The notes: generated by a model not told the origin, from the letters alone. A DNA stretch of 64,000 nucleotides from an uncultured Gammaproteobacteria bacterium (GCA_965231015.1 OZ246408.1:857908-921907), one strand, 5' to 3'; counted from the stretch's first letter, positions 29,326 through 40,163 are shown. Made by a program: numbers and translations.

Positions 29326-30609
29326 CTACTTGACCTGCTCGGTCTTGTAGACCGTGCAGGTCTTGTAGGTACCAGTGGCGTCCTTGCTGTTGCGAGCGCA
29401 ACGACGGTCAACGCCGTCCGGGCACTCGAAGAGCAAGATGTGGTGGTCCAACAACTGGTAGCTCTGGCAGGTGGTCGATTCCTGATCGACCAGCTCGGAG
29501 CTCGACGTGCACTCGTCGGCGTGAGCCGGCGGATTCTTGCTCCCGTAGTCCATGATCGGCACGAGGAGCGCGAAGGCCAGCACAGCTGCGGCCACCGCGG
29601 CCTTGGCCACGGTACGACCGACCTGACGCGGCTGGCGCGTCGACATGATCTCGGTGATCTCGGTCTCGTCGTAGGTGACGTCGTCGTCCGGGTCCAGGCT
29701 CTCGATGACGGGCTCGGTGGCGGCCAGGCGTGCCTGGGCCATCAAACCATCCTCGATCCCGTTCACTCGACCCTTGAGCGCGTCGTGTTCGTCAGTCTGG
29801 ATCCGGATGATCTCGCGAAGCTCCGCGAGGTCTCGCTCCGACATCTGTCGGACGAACTCGGCGATCATCTCGGTCTCTTCTGATCGCACCTCGGCCTCGG
29901 TTCGGACAGTTCCGGCCAGATCCGTGAGACGCTGATCGATCTGTGCGATCTGCCGCGAACGGTCGGCGCCGTGCTCGAACAGTCGCTTGATGTCGGCGTG
30001 ATGCTCGGCCGTACGGGTCTTGAGCCCCGTCACGTCGCGGCCGTGTCCGTCCACGCGGTTCGTCAGCTTCTCCGCATCAGCTCGGATCTCGGTCCGCTCT
30101 TTGTCGGCCCGGTTGATCTGCGTCACCATATGCCGGGTCAGATGAACGAACGCTCGCTGGCGCTCTGCCAGCTCGAGCCGCTGGCGTCGAGCCGTCCGTT
30201 GCTCGTCCTCGATCGCCTTGAGCTTGTTGTGCACCTTCAGGTTCAAGTTCCCGAGTTGTCTCTTGATCCCGGCCCGCTCGTCGTTGGCGATCTTCCGGCC
30301 GGTGAGGAGCTTGGCCAGCTCCTTACGGAACTCGTCGAAGTCCTGCCTGAGCTTGGGAACCTCGCGCCGCTCGATCTGCTTGATCCTGGCTTTCAGGGTC
30401 TTCTGCTTGCGCACGAGCAGATTCAACTCCTCGTCCACATCGAGCTCCAGCACGAGGTCGTCCAGCTCTTCACCAAGGTCGACATCATCCGCATCGTCCG
30501 GCTCGGCACCACAGAACTCGGGCACATCGATGTAGCTCTGACTGGCTCGTTCGGTCTCGCACCTGTTCAAGGTCTCGAGCCAATGAGCAGCCTGCTTATC
30601 ACTCGTCAT
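29326..30609 (-). CDS. GC-rich hypothetical protein: coiled coil, TM helix and Cys-rich C-terminus
   Basis: SD gagg; heptad-rich region; AAVAAAVLAFALLVPIM; five Cys in the tail. Confidence 0.8.
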   Translation of the reverse strand: MTSDKQAAHWLETLNRCETERASQSYIDVPEFCGAEPDDADDVDLGEELDDLVLELDVDEELNLLVRKQKTLKARIKQIERREVPKLRQDFDEFRKELAKLLTGRKIANDERAGIKRQLGNLNLKVHNKLKAIEDEQRTARRQRLELAERQRAFVHLTRHMVTQINRADKERTEIRADAEKLTNRVDGHGRDVTGLKTRTAEHHADIKRLFEHGADRSRQIAQIDQRLTDLAGTVRTEAEVRSEETEMIAEFVRQMSERDLAELREIIRIQTDEHDALKGRVNGIEDGLMAQARLAATEPVIESLDPDDDVTYDETEITEIMSTRQPRQVGRTVAKAAVAAAVLAFALLVPIMDYGSKNPPAHADECTSSSELVDQESTTCQSYQLLDHHILLFECPDGVDRRCARNSKDATGTYKTCTVYKTEQVK

Positions 30610-30873
30610 CGGGGGTTCCTCCTCCCGTTGTTGGTTGCAAATTTTAAATGCCACTGCCCTACTTTTAAGCCAAAACTGGGCTTAATTTCGAACTAAGTAA
30701 ATTATCAGAAAAAGGGTAGTTTGTCAACCCCCTGTCGTACGGGACTGACCTCGTTCAACAAGGTCAAGAGTTATCCTATAATTAGAAGCCCCCGACACAA
30801 GCGTCACACATTCGTTCGTGTGAGCCCATGTCAGGGGCAGAGCCGCCGAGATCTTCGGCGGGAAGGGGGTTTT

Positions 30874-31938
30874 TTAGGACTGGGGGTGAAGCGCGTTCCA
30901 GTCCGCTTCGAGTGCCTGGAGCATCTCGTCGCGGTGCGGGAACGCCTGATCCACGAGCCGCAGCTCGTAGTGGGCGCGCTTGACGCGCGCTTCGGACTTG
31001 GTCTTGTCGAACCGGGTCGACAGCGTGGCGATCGCCCACTTGTAACGAGCGATCTGATCCGCGCCGGAGTGACCTCGACCGGCGTCCACGTACCGGTTCA
31101 AATACGTGAGCTCCATCTCGCCGAGGCTCGTCTTGATCTCGGAGACCGTCTTGTCCTCCTGCTGGAGGACCCCGAGCTTGAACTCGAGGTCACGGAAGTC
31201 GGCTCCCGCGGCCCGCCAGTGGCTTGCGAGCACGGTCCCGGATTCGAGGGAATCGAGCCCGATGGCCGTCACGACCTCCGGGTCGGCGTTGCGGATGGCG
31301 GTCACGACCTGGAACACGACGTTCGGGTCGGCCGTGGCGTGCGCCATGATCGCCGGCAGCTCCGGACACTCCGGGAGCAGACCGAGCTGGGTCGGCACCT
31401 CGACGGGCATACCCGCGGCCACGTAGGCCGCGAACACGTTGGACCAGTTCTGGAGGTAAATGGGTACCTCCTGCTCCCCGGCCACCACGGCGCCGTCACG
31501 ATCGAACTCGCGGAGCATGACCGTGACGATGTTCGGTCCGACTTCGCGCGGGAGCTGGGGCCAGCCGGTCGTGTCGATCGACTCGAACAGCTTGGCCGCG
31601 GCGTAGTAGGGCCGCAGCTTCTTCAGGGCCCTGGCGTTCATCTCGTCCACGTGAACCTGCGGGTCCACGGGAACTTCGATCGCGGGTTCAGGCTCGGACT
31701 TGGGCTCGACCGCGGGTGCGGGTGCGGCCGGACTCGCCGGCTGTCCGGTGGCCGTCTCGACGACCTGCTCGGGCTGCTCCACAGCCCGCTTGTTCTTGAC
31801 CGCCTTGACGATCAAGAAGGTCGCGGTCAGTCCGACCATGATCAAGAACACCACCAGACCGCCGACGGCGGGCCACATCCAGCGCGGCAGCGGTGCCTCT
31901 TCCGTGAGAACGGGGGATGAAACATGTTCCGTGGTCAT
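30874..31938 (-). CDS. GC-rich hypothetical membrane-anchored protein
   Basis: SD aaggagg; N-terminal TM helix; Pro/Ala/Glu linker. Confidence 0.8.
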   Translation of the reverse strand: MTTEHVSSPVLTEEAPLPRWMWPAVGGLVVFLIMVGLTATFLIVKAVKNKRAVEQPEQVVETATGQPASPAAPAPAVEPKSEPEPAIEVPVDPQVHVDEMNARALKKLRPYYAAAKLFESIDTTGWPQLPREVGPNIVTVMLREFDRDGAVVAGEQEVPIYLQNWSNVFAAYVAAGMPVEVPTQLGLLPECPELPAIMAHATADPNVVFQVVTAIRNADPEVVTAIGLDSLESGTVLASHWRAAGADFRDLEFKLGVLQQEDKTVSEIKTSLGEMELTYLNRYVDAGRGHSGADQIARYKWAIATLSTRFDKTKSEARVKRAHYELRLVDQAFPHRDEMLQALEADWNALHPQS

Positions 31939-32110
31939 CTCTTCCTCCTTGCTATTTTGGGCCCTTTCGGGCTCCCGTTTTGGGGCCCGTACAGGGCGAA
32001 TCAAAGCGTCCGAGGGTGAAAAATTTCACCTGTTACGAACGACGTAATGTATCATATTTTAGCCAAAAAGTCAACCCCTAAAGGTTGTTTTTGGCCAAAA
32101 TATAACTAAA

Positions 32111-32136
32111 AAGGGGTACCCACAAGGGGCACCCCT
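32111..32136 (-). terminator. Intrinsic terminator after fusA
   Basis: aggggtgcccc-ttgt-gggtacccct followed by a T run on the minus strand. Confidence 0.8.
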
Positions 32137-32154
32137 ACAATAATTTCCTTTTCC

Positions 32155-34245
32155 TTACTCCGCTTTCTTGCTTCCCCGCTTTTCAATAATCTCATCTGCC
32201 ACATTCTTTGGCACATCTTCATAGTGATCAAATTCCATGCTGTAGCTGGCACGACCCTGGGTAATACTTCTAAGCTCCGTAGCGTAACCAAACATTTCAG
32301 CCAGTGGAACATGAGCCTCAACAACCTTCATGTTTCCCCGGTCTCGCATTTCCTGAATTTGAGCCCGTTTTGCGTTCAAGTCTCCGACCACAGTTCCCAT
32401 AAACTCTTCCGGGGTCACAACTTCAACCGCCATGATCGGCTCAAGCAAAGTAATTCCAGCATTCTTGGCCGCAGCCTGAAAAGCCATAGAACCGGCGATC
32501 TTAAAGGCGGCTTCAGACGAGTCAACTTCGTGATAGCTTCCGTCATATACAGTACACTTGATGTCGAGCACCGGATATCCGGCCAGAACTCCGCGTTCCA
32601 TAGCTTCCTTAACACCCTTTTCAATAGGTCCAATAAATTCCTTTGGAATCACACCACCCTTAATTTCATCATAAAACTCAAACCCGGTTCCCTGCTCAAG
32701 CGGTTCCAAGCGTAACCAACAGTGCCCATACTGTCCACGGCCACCTGATTGGCGGACAAATTTTCCTTCAGCCTCAGCGGTTTTCTTAATACTTTCTTTG
32801 TAGGCCACTTGCGGAGCACCCACGTTGGCCTCCACTTTGAACTCACGTTTCATGCGATCCACGATAATGTCCAAGTGCAGCTCTCCCATTCCGGAAATGA
32901 TGGTCTGGAGAGTATCATCATCAGTTCTCACCTGGAAGGTTGGATCTTCTTCGGCTAACTTGGTAAGCGCCACACCCATCTTTTCCTGGTCAGCTTTGGT
33001 CTTTGGCTCAATCGCCACAGAAATAACCGGTTCTGGGAAAGTAATGGATTCAAGCACTACTGGATTATCCGGGTCACACAAAGTCTGACCGGTTGTAGTG
33101 TTCTTAAGTCCTACCACAGCAGCAATATCTCCGGCATAAATTTCATCGATTTCCTCACGCGAGTTAGCGTGCATTCGCAGCAATCGACCAATTCGTTCCT
33201 TGTTTCCGGTTGAAGCATTCAAAACATACGATCCTGACTTCAAGACGCCGGAATAAACTCGGACAAAAGCCAGTTTTCCAACGAAAGGATCGGTTGCAAT
33301 CTTGAAAGCCAAAGCCGCAAACGATTCTTCATCACTCGCATGGTGCTCAATCTTTTTCTCTTCATCATCCGGATCAGTTCCCTCAACTGCCGGTACCTCA
33401 AGTGGGCTTGGCAGGTAATCAACCACGGCATCAAGCAAAGGCTGAACTCCCTTATTTTTCAGAGCTGACCCACAGAACACAGGAATAAGTTGCAAGCTAA
33501 CCACAGCTTTGTGTAATACCTTTTTTAAATCTTCATGAGGGATATCTTCGCCGGACAAATACTTTTCCATTAAGGCTTCATCATTTTCTACAATGGCTTC
33601 AATCAACTTGCCACGCCATTCTTCTGCGGTTGCCTTCATGTCCTCCGGAACATCAACCACGTCCATATCTTTTCCAAGGTCATCATTGTAAATAGTGGCC
33701 TTCATGGTTAGAAGATCAATGATTCCCTTAAAGTTATCTTCAGCACCGATTGGTAGTTGAGCTGGCAGGGCCTTGGTAGTCAATCGTTCGTGGATTGAAT
33801 CCAAGTCTGCAAAGAAGTCAGCTCCAGTTCGATCAAGTTTATTGATATAACAAATTCGCGGCACGTTGTATTTATCAGCCTGGTGCCAAACAGTTTCTGA
33901 CTGTGGCTCAACACCGGCCACACCGTCAAACACAACCACACCACCGTCGAGCACACGCAAAGAACGCTCCACCTCAACAGTGAAGTCAACGTGTCCCGGG
34001 GTGTCGATAATGTTCACACGGTGATCTTTCCAAAAACAGGTAGTCGCCGCAGAGGTAATGGTAATTCCACGCTCCTGCTCCTGCTCCATCCAGTCCATTT
34101 CCGCTTCACCTTCGTGCACCTCACCGATTTTATGCTTCTTGCCGGTGTAGAAAAGCACACGCTCGGTCACGGTTGTTTTACCAGCATCAATGTGAGCAAT
34201 GATTCCGATGTTACGAGTTTTTTCAAGAGAATATTCTCGAGGCAT
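32155..34245 (-). CDS. fusA: Elongation factor G
   Basis: [24 protein letters not shown]. Confidence 0.99.
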   Translation of the reverse strand: MPREYSLEKTRNIGIIAHIDAGKTTVTERVLFYTGKKHKIGEVHEGEAEMDWMEQEQERGITITSAATTCFWKDHRVNIIDTPGHVDFTVEVERSLRVLDGGVVVFDGVAGVEPQSETVWHQADKYNVPRICYINKLDRTGADFFADLDSIHERLTTKALPAQLPIGAEDNFKGIIDLLTMKATIYNDDLGKDMDVVDVPEDMKATAEEWRGKLIEAIVENDEALMEKYLSGEDIPHEDLKKVLHKAVVSLQLIPVFCGSALKNKGVQPLLDAVVDYLPSPLEVPAVEGTDPDDEEKKIEHHASDEESFAALAFKIATDPFVGKLAFVRVYSGVLKSGSYVLNASTGNKERIGRLLRMHANSREEIDEIYAGDIAAVVGLKNTTTGQTLCDPDNPVVLESITFPEPVISVAIEPKTKADQEKMGVALTKLAEEDPTFQVRTDDDTLQTIISGMGELHLDIIVDRMKREFKVEANVGAPQVAYKESIKKTAEAEGKFVRQSGGRGQYGHCWLRLEPLEQGTGFEFYDEIKGGVIPKEFIGPIEKGVKEAMERGVLAGYPVLDIKCTVYDGSYHEVDSSEAAFKIAGSMAFQAAAKNAGITLLEPIMAVEVVTPEEFMGTVVGDLNAKRAQIQEMRDRGNMKVVEAHVPLAEMFGYATELRSITQGRASYSMEFDHYEDVPKNVADEIIEKRGSKKAE

Positions 34246-34283
34246 ATTGAGTAATTTTCAATTTACTAAGTTTCAATTTTCAA

Positions 34284-34751
34284 TTATCTTGCAAAGTGGG
34301 CAAACGCTCGGTTGGCCTCAGCCATCCTCTGCACGTCTTCTTTCTTTTTAACAGCGTCGCCTTCGTTGTTAGCAGCAGCCATGAGTTCATCAGCTAATCT
34401 TTCTGCCATAGGCCGACCACTTTTTGATCGAGCCGCAGACAGGATCCAACGATAGGCTAAGGTGAGCCGACGCTCACCCCGCACCGGGTGCGGAATCTGA
34501 TAGTTAGCTCCACCAACTCGACGTGAACGAACCTCAAGGGCCGGTCCCACGTTCTTAATGGCGGCCTCGAAGACTTCGACCGGATCTTTTTTGGTTTTAT
34601 CCGCAATAATATCAAAACAATTATAGACCACCTGACGAGCAGTGGTCTTTTTTCCGTCATACATGACGTAATTAATCAGCTTGGCAATTTCCAGATTGCC
34701 AAACTTTGGATCCGGATTTAACCGGCGTTTAGAGGCACGTTTTCCACGCAT
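34284..34751 (-). CDS. rpsG: 30S ribosomal protein S7
   Basis: [21 protein letters not shown]. Confidence 0.98.
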   Translation of the reverse strand: MRGKRASKRRLNPDPKFGNLEIAKLINYVMYDGKKTTARQVVYNCFDIIADKTKKDPVEVFEAAIKNVGPALEVRSRRVGGANYQIPHPVRGERRLTLAYRWILSAARSKSGRPMAERLADELMAAANNEGDAVKKKEDVQRMAEANRAFAHFAR

Positions 34752-34827
34752 AGTATTCTTCAAGTTACCGCTTACTTCCCCCGTGGAACAAGGTACTCGG
34801 CAACTGACAGTTAGTAATTAGTGAGTG

Positions 34828-35250
34828 TTAACTCTTTTTTGGCTTTTTAGTTCCGTACTTGCTTCGTCCCTGATTTCTTCCTTCAACTCCGGCGGTATCA
34901 TATACTCCACGGACAATGTGATATCGCACACCTGGCAGGTCAGGCACTCGGCCACCTCGAAGAAGCACAATTGAGTGCTCCTGAAGGTTGTGACCTTCCC
35001 CTGGGATATAAGCAGTAACTTCAGTTCCGTTAGAGAGCCGAACACGAGCAATCTTTCGGATAGCTGAGTTTGGTTTCTTTGGGGTAGTTGTGGTCACCTT
35101 CACACAAACTCCACGTTTAAACGGACTACCTTTGGGAAGATTGGTAGTTTTTCGGTGCAGAGTATCCAAAGTATACTGCATGGCAGGTGACTTACTCTTG
35201 GTTTTGGTTGTCTTCCGCCCTTTGCGGATCAATTGACTAGTAGTAGGCAT
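34828..35250 (-). CDS. rpsL: 30S ribosomal protein S12
   Basis: [28 protein letters not shown]. Confidence 0.99.
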   Translation of the reverse strand: MPTTSQLIRKGRKTTKTKSKSPAMQYTLDTLHRKTTNLPKGSPFKRGVCVKVTTTTPKKPNSAIRKIARVRLSNGTEVTAYIPGEGHNLQEHSIVLLRGGRVPDLPGVRYHIVRGVYDTAGVEGRNQGRSKYGTKKPKKS

Positions 35251-35313
35251 AATTTCAATATATCTCGAAGTGCCGAAATATTAACACAAGGCTAAATTTA
35301 GGTCAACCCCGAA

Positions 35314-35994
35314 TTATCCAGCAAATATTAAAGACAGGAATGATAAACAATTGGTGCCCACAAGAGCCGAACAGGCCGCAAAGGAAGGCACACTAATAAA
35401 GGCAAAAATTGGAATATTGGTAATAATAGCTATTAAAACTGCGATCAAAAGAATGGTTGGCCCTTTTTGTAAAACAAAAGCGCGAAGTTTGGTGTATTTT
35501 GGTGCGTCAAAAATCGCTAGAAACAACTTAGAACCATCAAGCGGGTGAATCGGAATGATATTAAAAAGCAACAAAAACATGTTGATTAAGATAAACAACA
35601 CCAAAAAAATAACCAACAAATTTAACTCAGTGAAGACATTTGCTGCTAAAAGTCCTCGTAAAACAAGGGCTGAAACAATAGCGAGGATCAAATTAGAAGC
35701 CGGTCCGGCCAAACCCACAATAACCGAGTCCCACTTTGGATTCTTTAAATTATTAGGGTTATACGGTACAGGCTTTGCCCAACCAAAACCGAGCAACAAC
35801 AAAGGAATAAAACCAAACCAATCAATATGGGACAACGGATTCAAAGTAAGCCGCCCGGCCCGCTCGGCAGTCAGATCTCCGCGCCATTTAGAAGCTGCAG
35901 CGTGGGAAAATTCATGTACGGTCAAAGCCATCAAAATGGCTACTACCCACACAACACCCACTGCCGGATCATTGAAAAAAAAATTAAGAAACAT
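35314..35994 (-). CDS. Site-2 protease (peptidase M50)
   Basis: HEFSH, AGPASN, NIIPIHPLDG. Confidence 0.95.
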   Translation of the reverse strand: MFLNFFFNDPAVGVVWVVAILMALTVHEFSHAAASKWRGDLTAERAGRLTLNPLSHIDWFGFIPLLLLGFGWAKPVPYNPNNLKNPKWDSVIVGLAGPASNLILAIVSALVLRGLLAANVFTELNLLVIFLVLFILINMFLLLFNIIPIHPLDGSKLFLAIFDAPKYTKLRAFVLQKGPTILLIAVLIAIITNIPIFAFISVPSFAACSALVGTNCLSFLSLIFAG

Positions 35995-36070
35995 ACGTCA
36001 GGTATTCTACACGACTTGCCAAAAATGGTCGACCATGATATTCTCTCGTCGTTCGTTAATTGAATTTTAT

Positions 36071-36298
36071 ATGGCTCAATTTTGTGATTTTTGTGGCCGT
36101 GGCCCGCTGACAGCTCAAAATCGAAGCAAGTCAATGGTGGCTACCCGCAAACGAATGAAGATAAACTTGCAGAACAAAACCATTGATGGGAAAAAAGTAA
36201 AAGTTTGCACTAAATGTCTTAAAACCCAGAGCAAGGGAAAGACTCTGAAGCAGACCGAAACAAAATCAGTGGGTACACGCAGCAAGAGAGGCAAATAG
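36071..36298 (+). CDS. rpmB: 50S ribosomal protein L28
   Basis: MAQFCDFCGR...NRSKS..ATRKR..INLQ...KVCTKCLKT; the C-terminal part of track ORF 35555-36298. Confidence 0.9.
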   Translation: MAQFCDFCGRGPLTAQNRSKSMVATRKRMKINLQNKTIDGKKVKVCTKCLKTQSKGKTLKQTETKSVGTRSKRGK

Positions 36299-36299
36299 G

Positions 36300-36323
36300 A
36301 AAACCGCGGAAGTCCGCGGTTTT
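36300..36323. terminator. Bidirectional terminator
   Basis: aaaaccgcgga-ag-tccgcggtttt between convergent genes. Confidence 0.8.
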
Positions 36324-37060
36324 TACTTTGATTTTTTCACTACTTTTTCAATAAACAAATTTGGAATACGGTTAGCGTGCGGTGAACGCATTAATTTTTT
36401 TTCTACTTCCTTGCGTTCGCCTGAATTAAAAAAATATTTTCTTTCGTAGTACGTTAAACGGATCACCACATCCGAATGATCTAATTCAGGATGAAACTGA
36501 AAGGCATAAATTGGTTCACCCGGAAAAACAAACGCTTCACAGCACTTATTTGCAGAGCTAACCAATTCAATAGCTCCATCCGGCACTTTTGTCACAGAAT
36601 GATTATGCCCAATTTGCACATGAAAAGATCCTGGCAACTCACCAAGCAACTGATCCGTTACTGCGTGAAGGGTTTTTTTCATTTCAATTGAACCAATTTC
36701 TTTTAAATTATCATCTTGTACTACAGTTCCTCCAAAAGCAAGAGCTGCCACTTCATGTCCGTAACCAATAGCTAATAAAGGAATTTGCTTCGCCCGAATA
36801 ATTTTTAAAAGTTCCATAATTTGAGGCAAGCTTTCTGGATGACCTCCCCCTTTAACATAACGGCCAGTCCCAGCCAGGATCACAGCATCCTTACCTTCCA
36901 ACAAGTGCTCTCCAATTTCATCAGTGAAAACATTAACGCGAAAAAAATTTTCCTGTGGCACGTCAATCATTCGGTCAAAACACAAAAATTCATGTTCACT
37001 CATTTCATCATCACGCGCTTGCAGGAAAAGAATTTTAATATTGTCTTTTTCTTTGCTCAT
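36323..37060 (-). CDS. Class I glutamine amidotransferase-like protein lacking the catalytic Cys
   Basis: LLAIGYGHE where GIC(Y/L)GHQ is expected; ALAFGGTV and FQFHPE are retained. Confidence 0.85.
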   Translation of the reverse strand: MSKEKDNIKILFLQARDDEMSEHEFLCFDRMIDVPQENFFRVNVFTDEIGEHLLEGKDAVILAGTGRYVKGGGHPESLPQIMELLKIIRAKQIPLLAIGYGHEVAALAFGGTVVQDDNLKEIGSIEMKKTLHAVTDQLLGELPGSFHVQIGHNHSVTKVPDGAIELVSSANKCCEAFVFPGEPIYAFQFHPELDHSDVVIRLTYYERKYFFNSGERKEVEKKLMRSPHANRIPNLFIEKVVKKSK

Positions 37061-37114
37061 AGGTCTTCCAAGACGCTAGCAGATTTTTTGGTTTTTGTCC
37101 ATTGTTCGGGTCTA

Positions 37115-37445
37115 AAAAACGCGCCTGTGCGCGTTTTTTATTCATCCATCCAAGATGGTCGCGTCGACCCCCTGTGGGCTTGTCGAACCACACGGAATCG
37201 ACACACCATCTTACGCCATAATGCGGTAAGCACGCCGACGTATTGGAGCTTCGCCAGATTGGGCTGCAATGGCTCTTTCCCAATATGGGTGTATCCCGCT
37301 TCCAAGTCACGGTGGGTGCAGCCGTAGCCACAGGACCGTGTTGGATGCGGTGCGAACCGCTTTCAGATCTTACCCCGCGCGGACGGGGGTCCAATCTTAG
37401 TTTTGAAAGTTAATGCCCGTTGCAGTTACCAATCTGTGAAGCATT
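37115..37445 (-). ncRNA. Candidate ~330-nt structured ncRNA of unknown family
   Basis: TTGATT-17-TATAAT promoter upstream; at least six stems; terminator aaaaaacgcgc-acag-gcgcgtttttt. Confidence 0.55.
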
Positions 37446-37543
37446 GATATTATAACATATATTTAGCTAAATCAAGGACTAAAATAGAGGGTTTATACCC
37501 CTCTATTCCACAACTTTTTCCCCAGGTTTATCAACAGCTAAAC

Positions 37544-38635
37544 TTATTTTTGACTGGACCTATGCTTAAGAAAAGCTTCAATGAATTTAGCCAACCGAAC
37601 CAATTGACGCACCGGCTGCTCCTCAAAACGGCTGTGCATTTTACGCGCACCATACCCGGTATTAACTGTTACGATTCCCTTGCCATTAAAAATATTGGCA
37701 TCGGCTCCGGCGTTAGAAACATTCTGTTTTGTCTTCCATCCAAGCAACTTGTGAACTGAACGGATTTCTTTAATCAGTGGATCAGTCATTTTAAACTGAT
37801 AGCCGGGTAGCTCGAAACTGACCTCGAGCTTCGAGCTAACCACATGTTGTTTTTTGATTCGAAACAACTCGGCCTTTACCTTGTTGTTTAATTGATCAAG
37901 TCTTGTTTTACGAAGGCTCCGAATTTCCCCCCTCACCATACACTCATCCGGAACAATATTACTCGCTTCCCCCCCTTCGATCCGACCAAAGTTCATGGTT
38001 GTATCTTTATCGACACGACCAAGTTTGAAACTTGATATAAAATCAGCGGCAGCAGCAATAGCGTTACGTCCGTCTTCCGGATGTGCCCCGGCGTGAGCAG
38101 ATTTGCCTTTGAAGTTCACGGTGAACATGGTGGCATAGGGTGAAGCCAGAACTACAGTCGGCACATCAGTTCCGCGATCAAAACACAAAGCTTGTTTTGA
38201 TTTCAATTTGGAAGTGTCTAGCTCGCGGGCTCCAAACAAACCAATCTCCTCTTGAACCGTAATAACGATTTCGGTTGCTGGAAACTTTTCACCGTCTTCC
38301 TTAAGCGAAGTCAGGGCCTCAATAATTCCAGCTATAGCAGATTTATTATCCGCGCCACAAACTCCCTTGCCCCAGTTACCAATCACCCCATTACGAACGG
38401 TCGGAGTTGACCCACCGTTATTTAAAACTGTATCCATGTGCGCAGCCAGCATAATAGGTCGTCCAGAACCATTAATCTTCCCAATAATGTTTCCCATCTT
38501 GTCCTGACAGAGAGAATTACAAAACGGCTTTAACTGCCGCATAATTTCTTTGGCAATCTTAGCTTCTTTAAGTGAGGGACTATCAATCCCTCCGAGTTTA
38601 ATGAAATTTTTAGTGATTCGTTTTTGGTTGATCAT
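37544..38635 (-). CDS. M20 family metallopeptidase (PepT-like)
   Basis: AAHMDTV, GADNKSA, VQEEIGLFGA, GKSAHAG, GADAN, MHSRFE. Confidence 0.93.
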   Translation of the reverse strand: MINQKRITKNFIKLGGIDSPSLKEAKIAKEIMRQLKPFCNSLCQDKMGNIIGKINGSGRPIMLAAHMDTVLNNGGSTPTVRNGVIGNWGKGVCGADNKSAIAGIIEALTSLKEDGEKFPATEIVITVQEEIGLFGARELDTSKLKSKQALCFDRGTDVPTVVLASPYATMFTVNFKGKSAHAGAHPEDGRNAIAAAADFISSFKLGRVDKDTTMNFGRIEGGEASNIVPDECMVRGEIRSLRKTRLDQLNNKVKAELFRIKKQHVVSSKLEVSFELPGYQFKMTDPLIKEIRSVHKLLGWKTKQNVSNAGADANIFNGKGIVTVNTGYGARKMHSRFEEQPVRQLVRLAKFIEAFLKHRSSQK

Positions 38636-38748
38636 AGTTTTAAAAAGTAGATGGCTGCGCGCAGTGGGCCTACTACGCGCAGCCGGAGGATCGAGACGAA
38701 GGAGAGTTACACCTCGTATCTTCACTATAGCACAGCGGGGCGCTTTGG

Positions 38749-40068
38749 CTAAGGAGTGAGTTCTGATTGATCAGCTTGTTCGACTTCGAGAGCATAGAGC
38801 TCCTGAAGCGATCCGGCGATCATGTACATGCTAACCTTGCCCTCAGCAAGTGAAGCCGCATTTGCCAAAGCAATCCCGGGCTTTCCATCACCCTGATAAG
38901 CTCGGCCATTCAAAACATTATCCACCACGTCCTTGTAGGCCATGCCTTTTGGAACCTGGGTGTTCAGAAGCGTCACCGCCACGTTGCCACCGAAGCGATC
39001 AATGACCTGCATGGCACAAGCCGCCGCACTGTCAGCCGCGATCTTGCGAGCGTTGACTTCGAGCACGAAGACAACAACCTCGCCTGCGTGGTGCACCACG
39101 ATCAGATCGACTCCGATAGTGCGTGGACGATCAACCCCAATGCCGAGCTGAACCGCCTGCCGACCGATCACGTCTACAATGGGTCGGGCGACGATCCATT
39201 CCTTGGCCGGAATAACAGACTCGCCAAACGCGGTACGGTCACCAATGTGGGCGTCTCCGTCCGTGAGCTGTTCGGCCGAAAACAACACCCGATGTCGATC
39301 CTTTTCTACGAGAAGCACCACGGCTACCTCGTGCATGTCAAAGCGGTCTCGCGGATATCCAGCCTCAGCAATCAACCCGTGGTGCAGGTGAGTACGCAGA
39401 AAATCACTAACTTCGGCCCTGTCCTTCTCCGGAGTCCATCGAAGGATACCATCTCCCCCATCAAAGCCCGGTCGCTTCAAAAAGATGGTGTCCGTCTCGG
39501 GCAAACCACGATCGGCCACGTCATGCTCAATGAGACGGCGCACTCGTTTGATCTCTTCGATCGTGCTCACAAAACGCCAAGGAGCAAATACTCCGGTTCC
39601 GTTGGCAAGCACTCGAGCTTCCAATTTATCATCGAGCTTGACGGCAATCTTGGGGTGAGGCGCAGTGATCTGTTCGGGACGCAGACCAAGTGCCTGGGGT
39701 AGCTGCTCAACATCACGACGGATGAAAAAGTCCAAGTCATGTCCGGCTTCAGTAAAACTCTGCATGATTCGCAGTAATTCCGGTGAGTCGGTAATAGCCT
39801 GGCTGATGTTAGCCTCACTAACCAGGATGAGATCTTTGGCCCCGACCTGCATTCGCTGATGATCAGTATGACAGGCCTCGATGTTTGATCGGGCTTGTTC
39901 ATTTGCTACACAGACCGCGGCTACATGCGGGTAGATCATACCGCGGCTCGGGTACCCGGGCAGAAGTCCCGAGATCCCGTGCAGAAAATGAAACGGATAC
40001 ATGTCGTGAACGTGCACCTCGGGATTGAGATACACCTGATCCAACAAGGCTCGTTTGTTAGAATCCAT
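38749..40068 (-). CDS. ATP-grasp peptide ligase, PGM1-like
   Basis: LDDK, FLKRPGFDGGDG, IGVDLIV, LEVNAR; C-terminus GIALAN..LAEGKVSMYMIAGS resembles the PGM1 C-terminal domain. Confidence 0.8.
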   Translation of the reverse strand: MDSNKRALLDQVYLNPEVHVHDMYPFHFLHGISGLLPGYPSRGMIYPHVAAVCVANEQARSNIEACHTDHQRMQVGAKDLILVSEANISQAITDSPELLRIMQSFTEAGHDLDFFIRRDVEQLPQALGLRPEQITAPHPKIAVKLDDKLEARVLANGTGVFAPWRFVSTIEEIKRVRRLIEHDVADRGLPETDTIFLKRPGFDGGDGILRWTPEKDRAEVSDFLRTHLHHGLIAEAGYPRDRFDMHEVAVVLLVEKDRHRVLFSAEQLTDGDAHIGDRTAFGESVIPAKEWIVARPIVDVIGRQAVQLGIGVDRPRTIGVDLIVVHHAGEVVVFVLEVNARKIAADSAAACAMQVIDRFGGNVAVTLLNTQVPKGMAYKDVVDNVLNGRAYQGDGKPGIALANAASLAEGKVSMYMIAGSLQELYALEVEQADQSELTP

Positions 40069-40163
40069 GTTATTCTGGGCCCCCTGTTTTGTTGTATGGT
40101 CCTTGACTTTTAACAAAGTCACAAATAAGTAAAAACAATTTTTAACCATTTGTGAATTTGTTA

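Noticed and set aside
29308-31920. Long + strand ORFs (191, 241 and 399 aa)
   Set aside because: They are antisense shadows of GC-rich minus-strand genes, which have the SD sites and TM features.
35555-36070. N-terminal extension of L28 (247-aa ORF)
   Set aside because: It is antisense to the M50 protease; L28 similarity starts at ATG 36071.
37035-37394. 119-aa ORF as precursor peptide for the ligases
   Set aside because: It has a TTG start, runs through a strong terminator, overlaps the next gene, and its composition is not protein-like.
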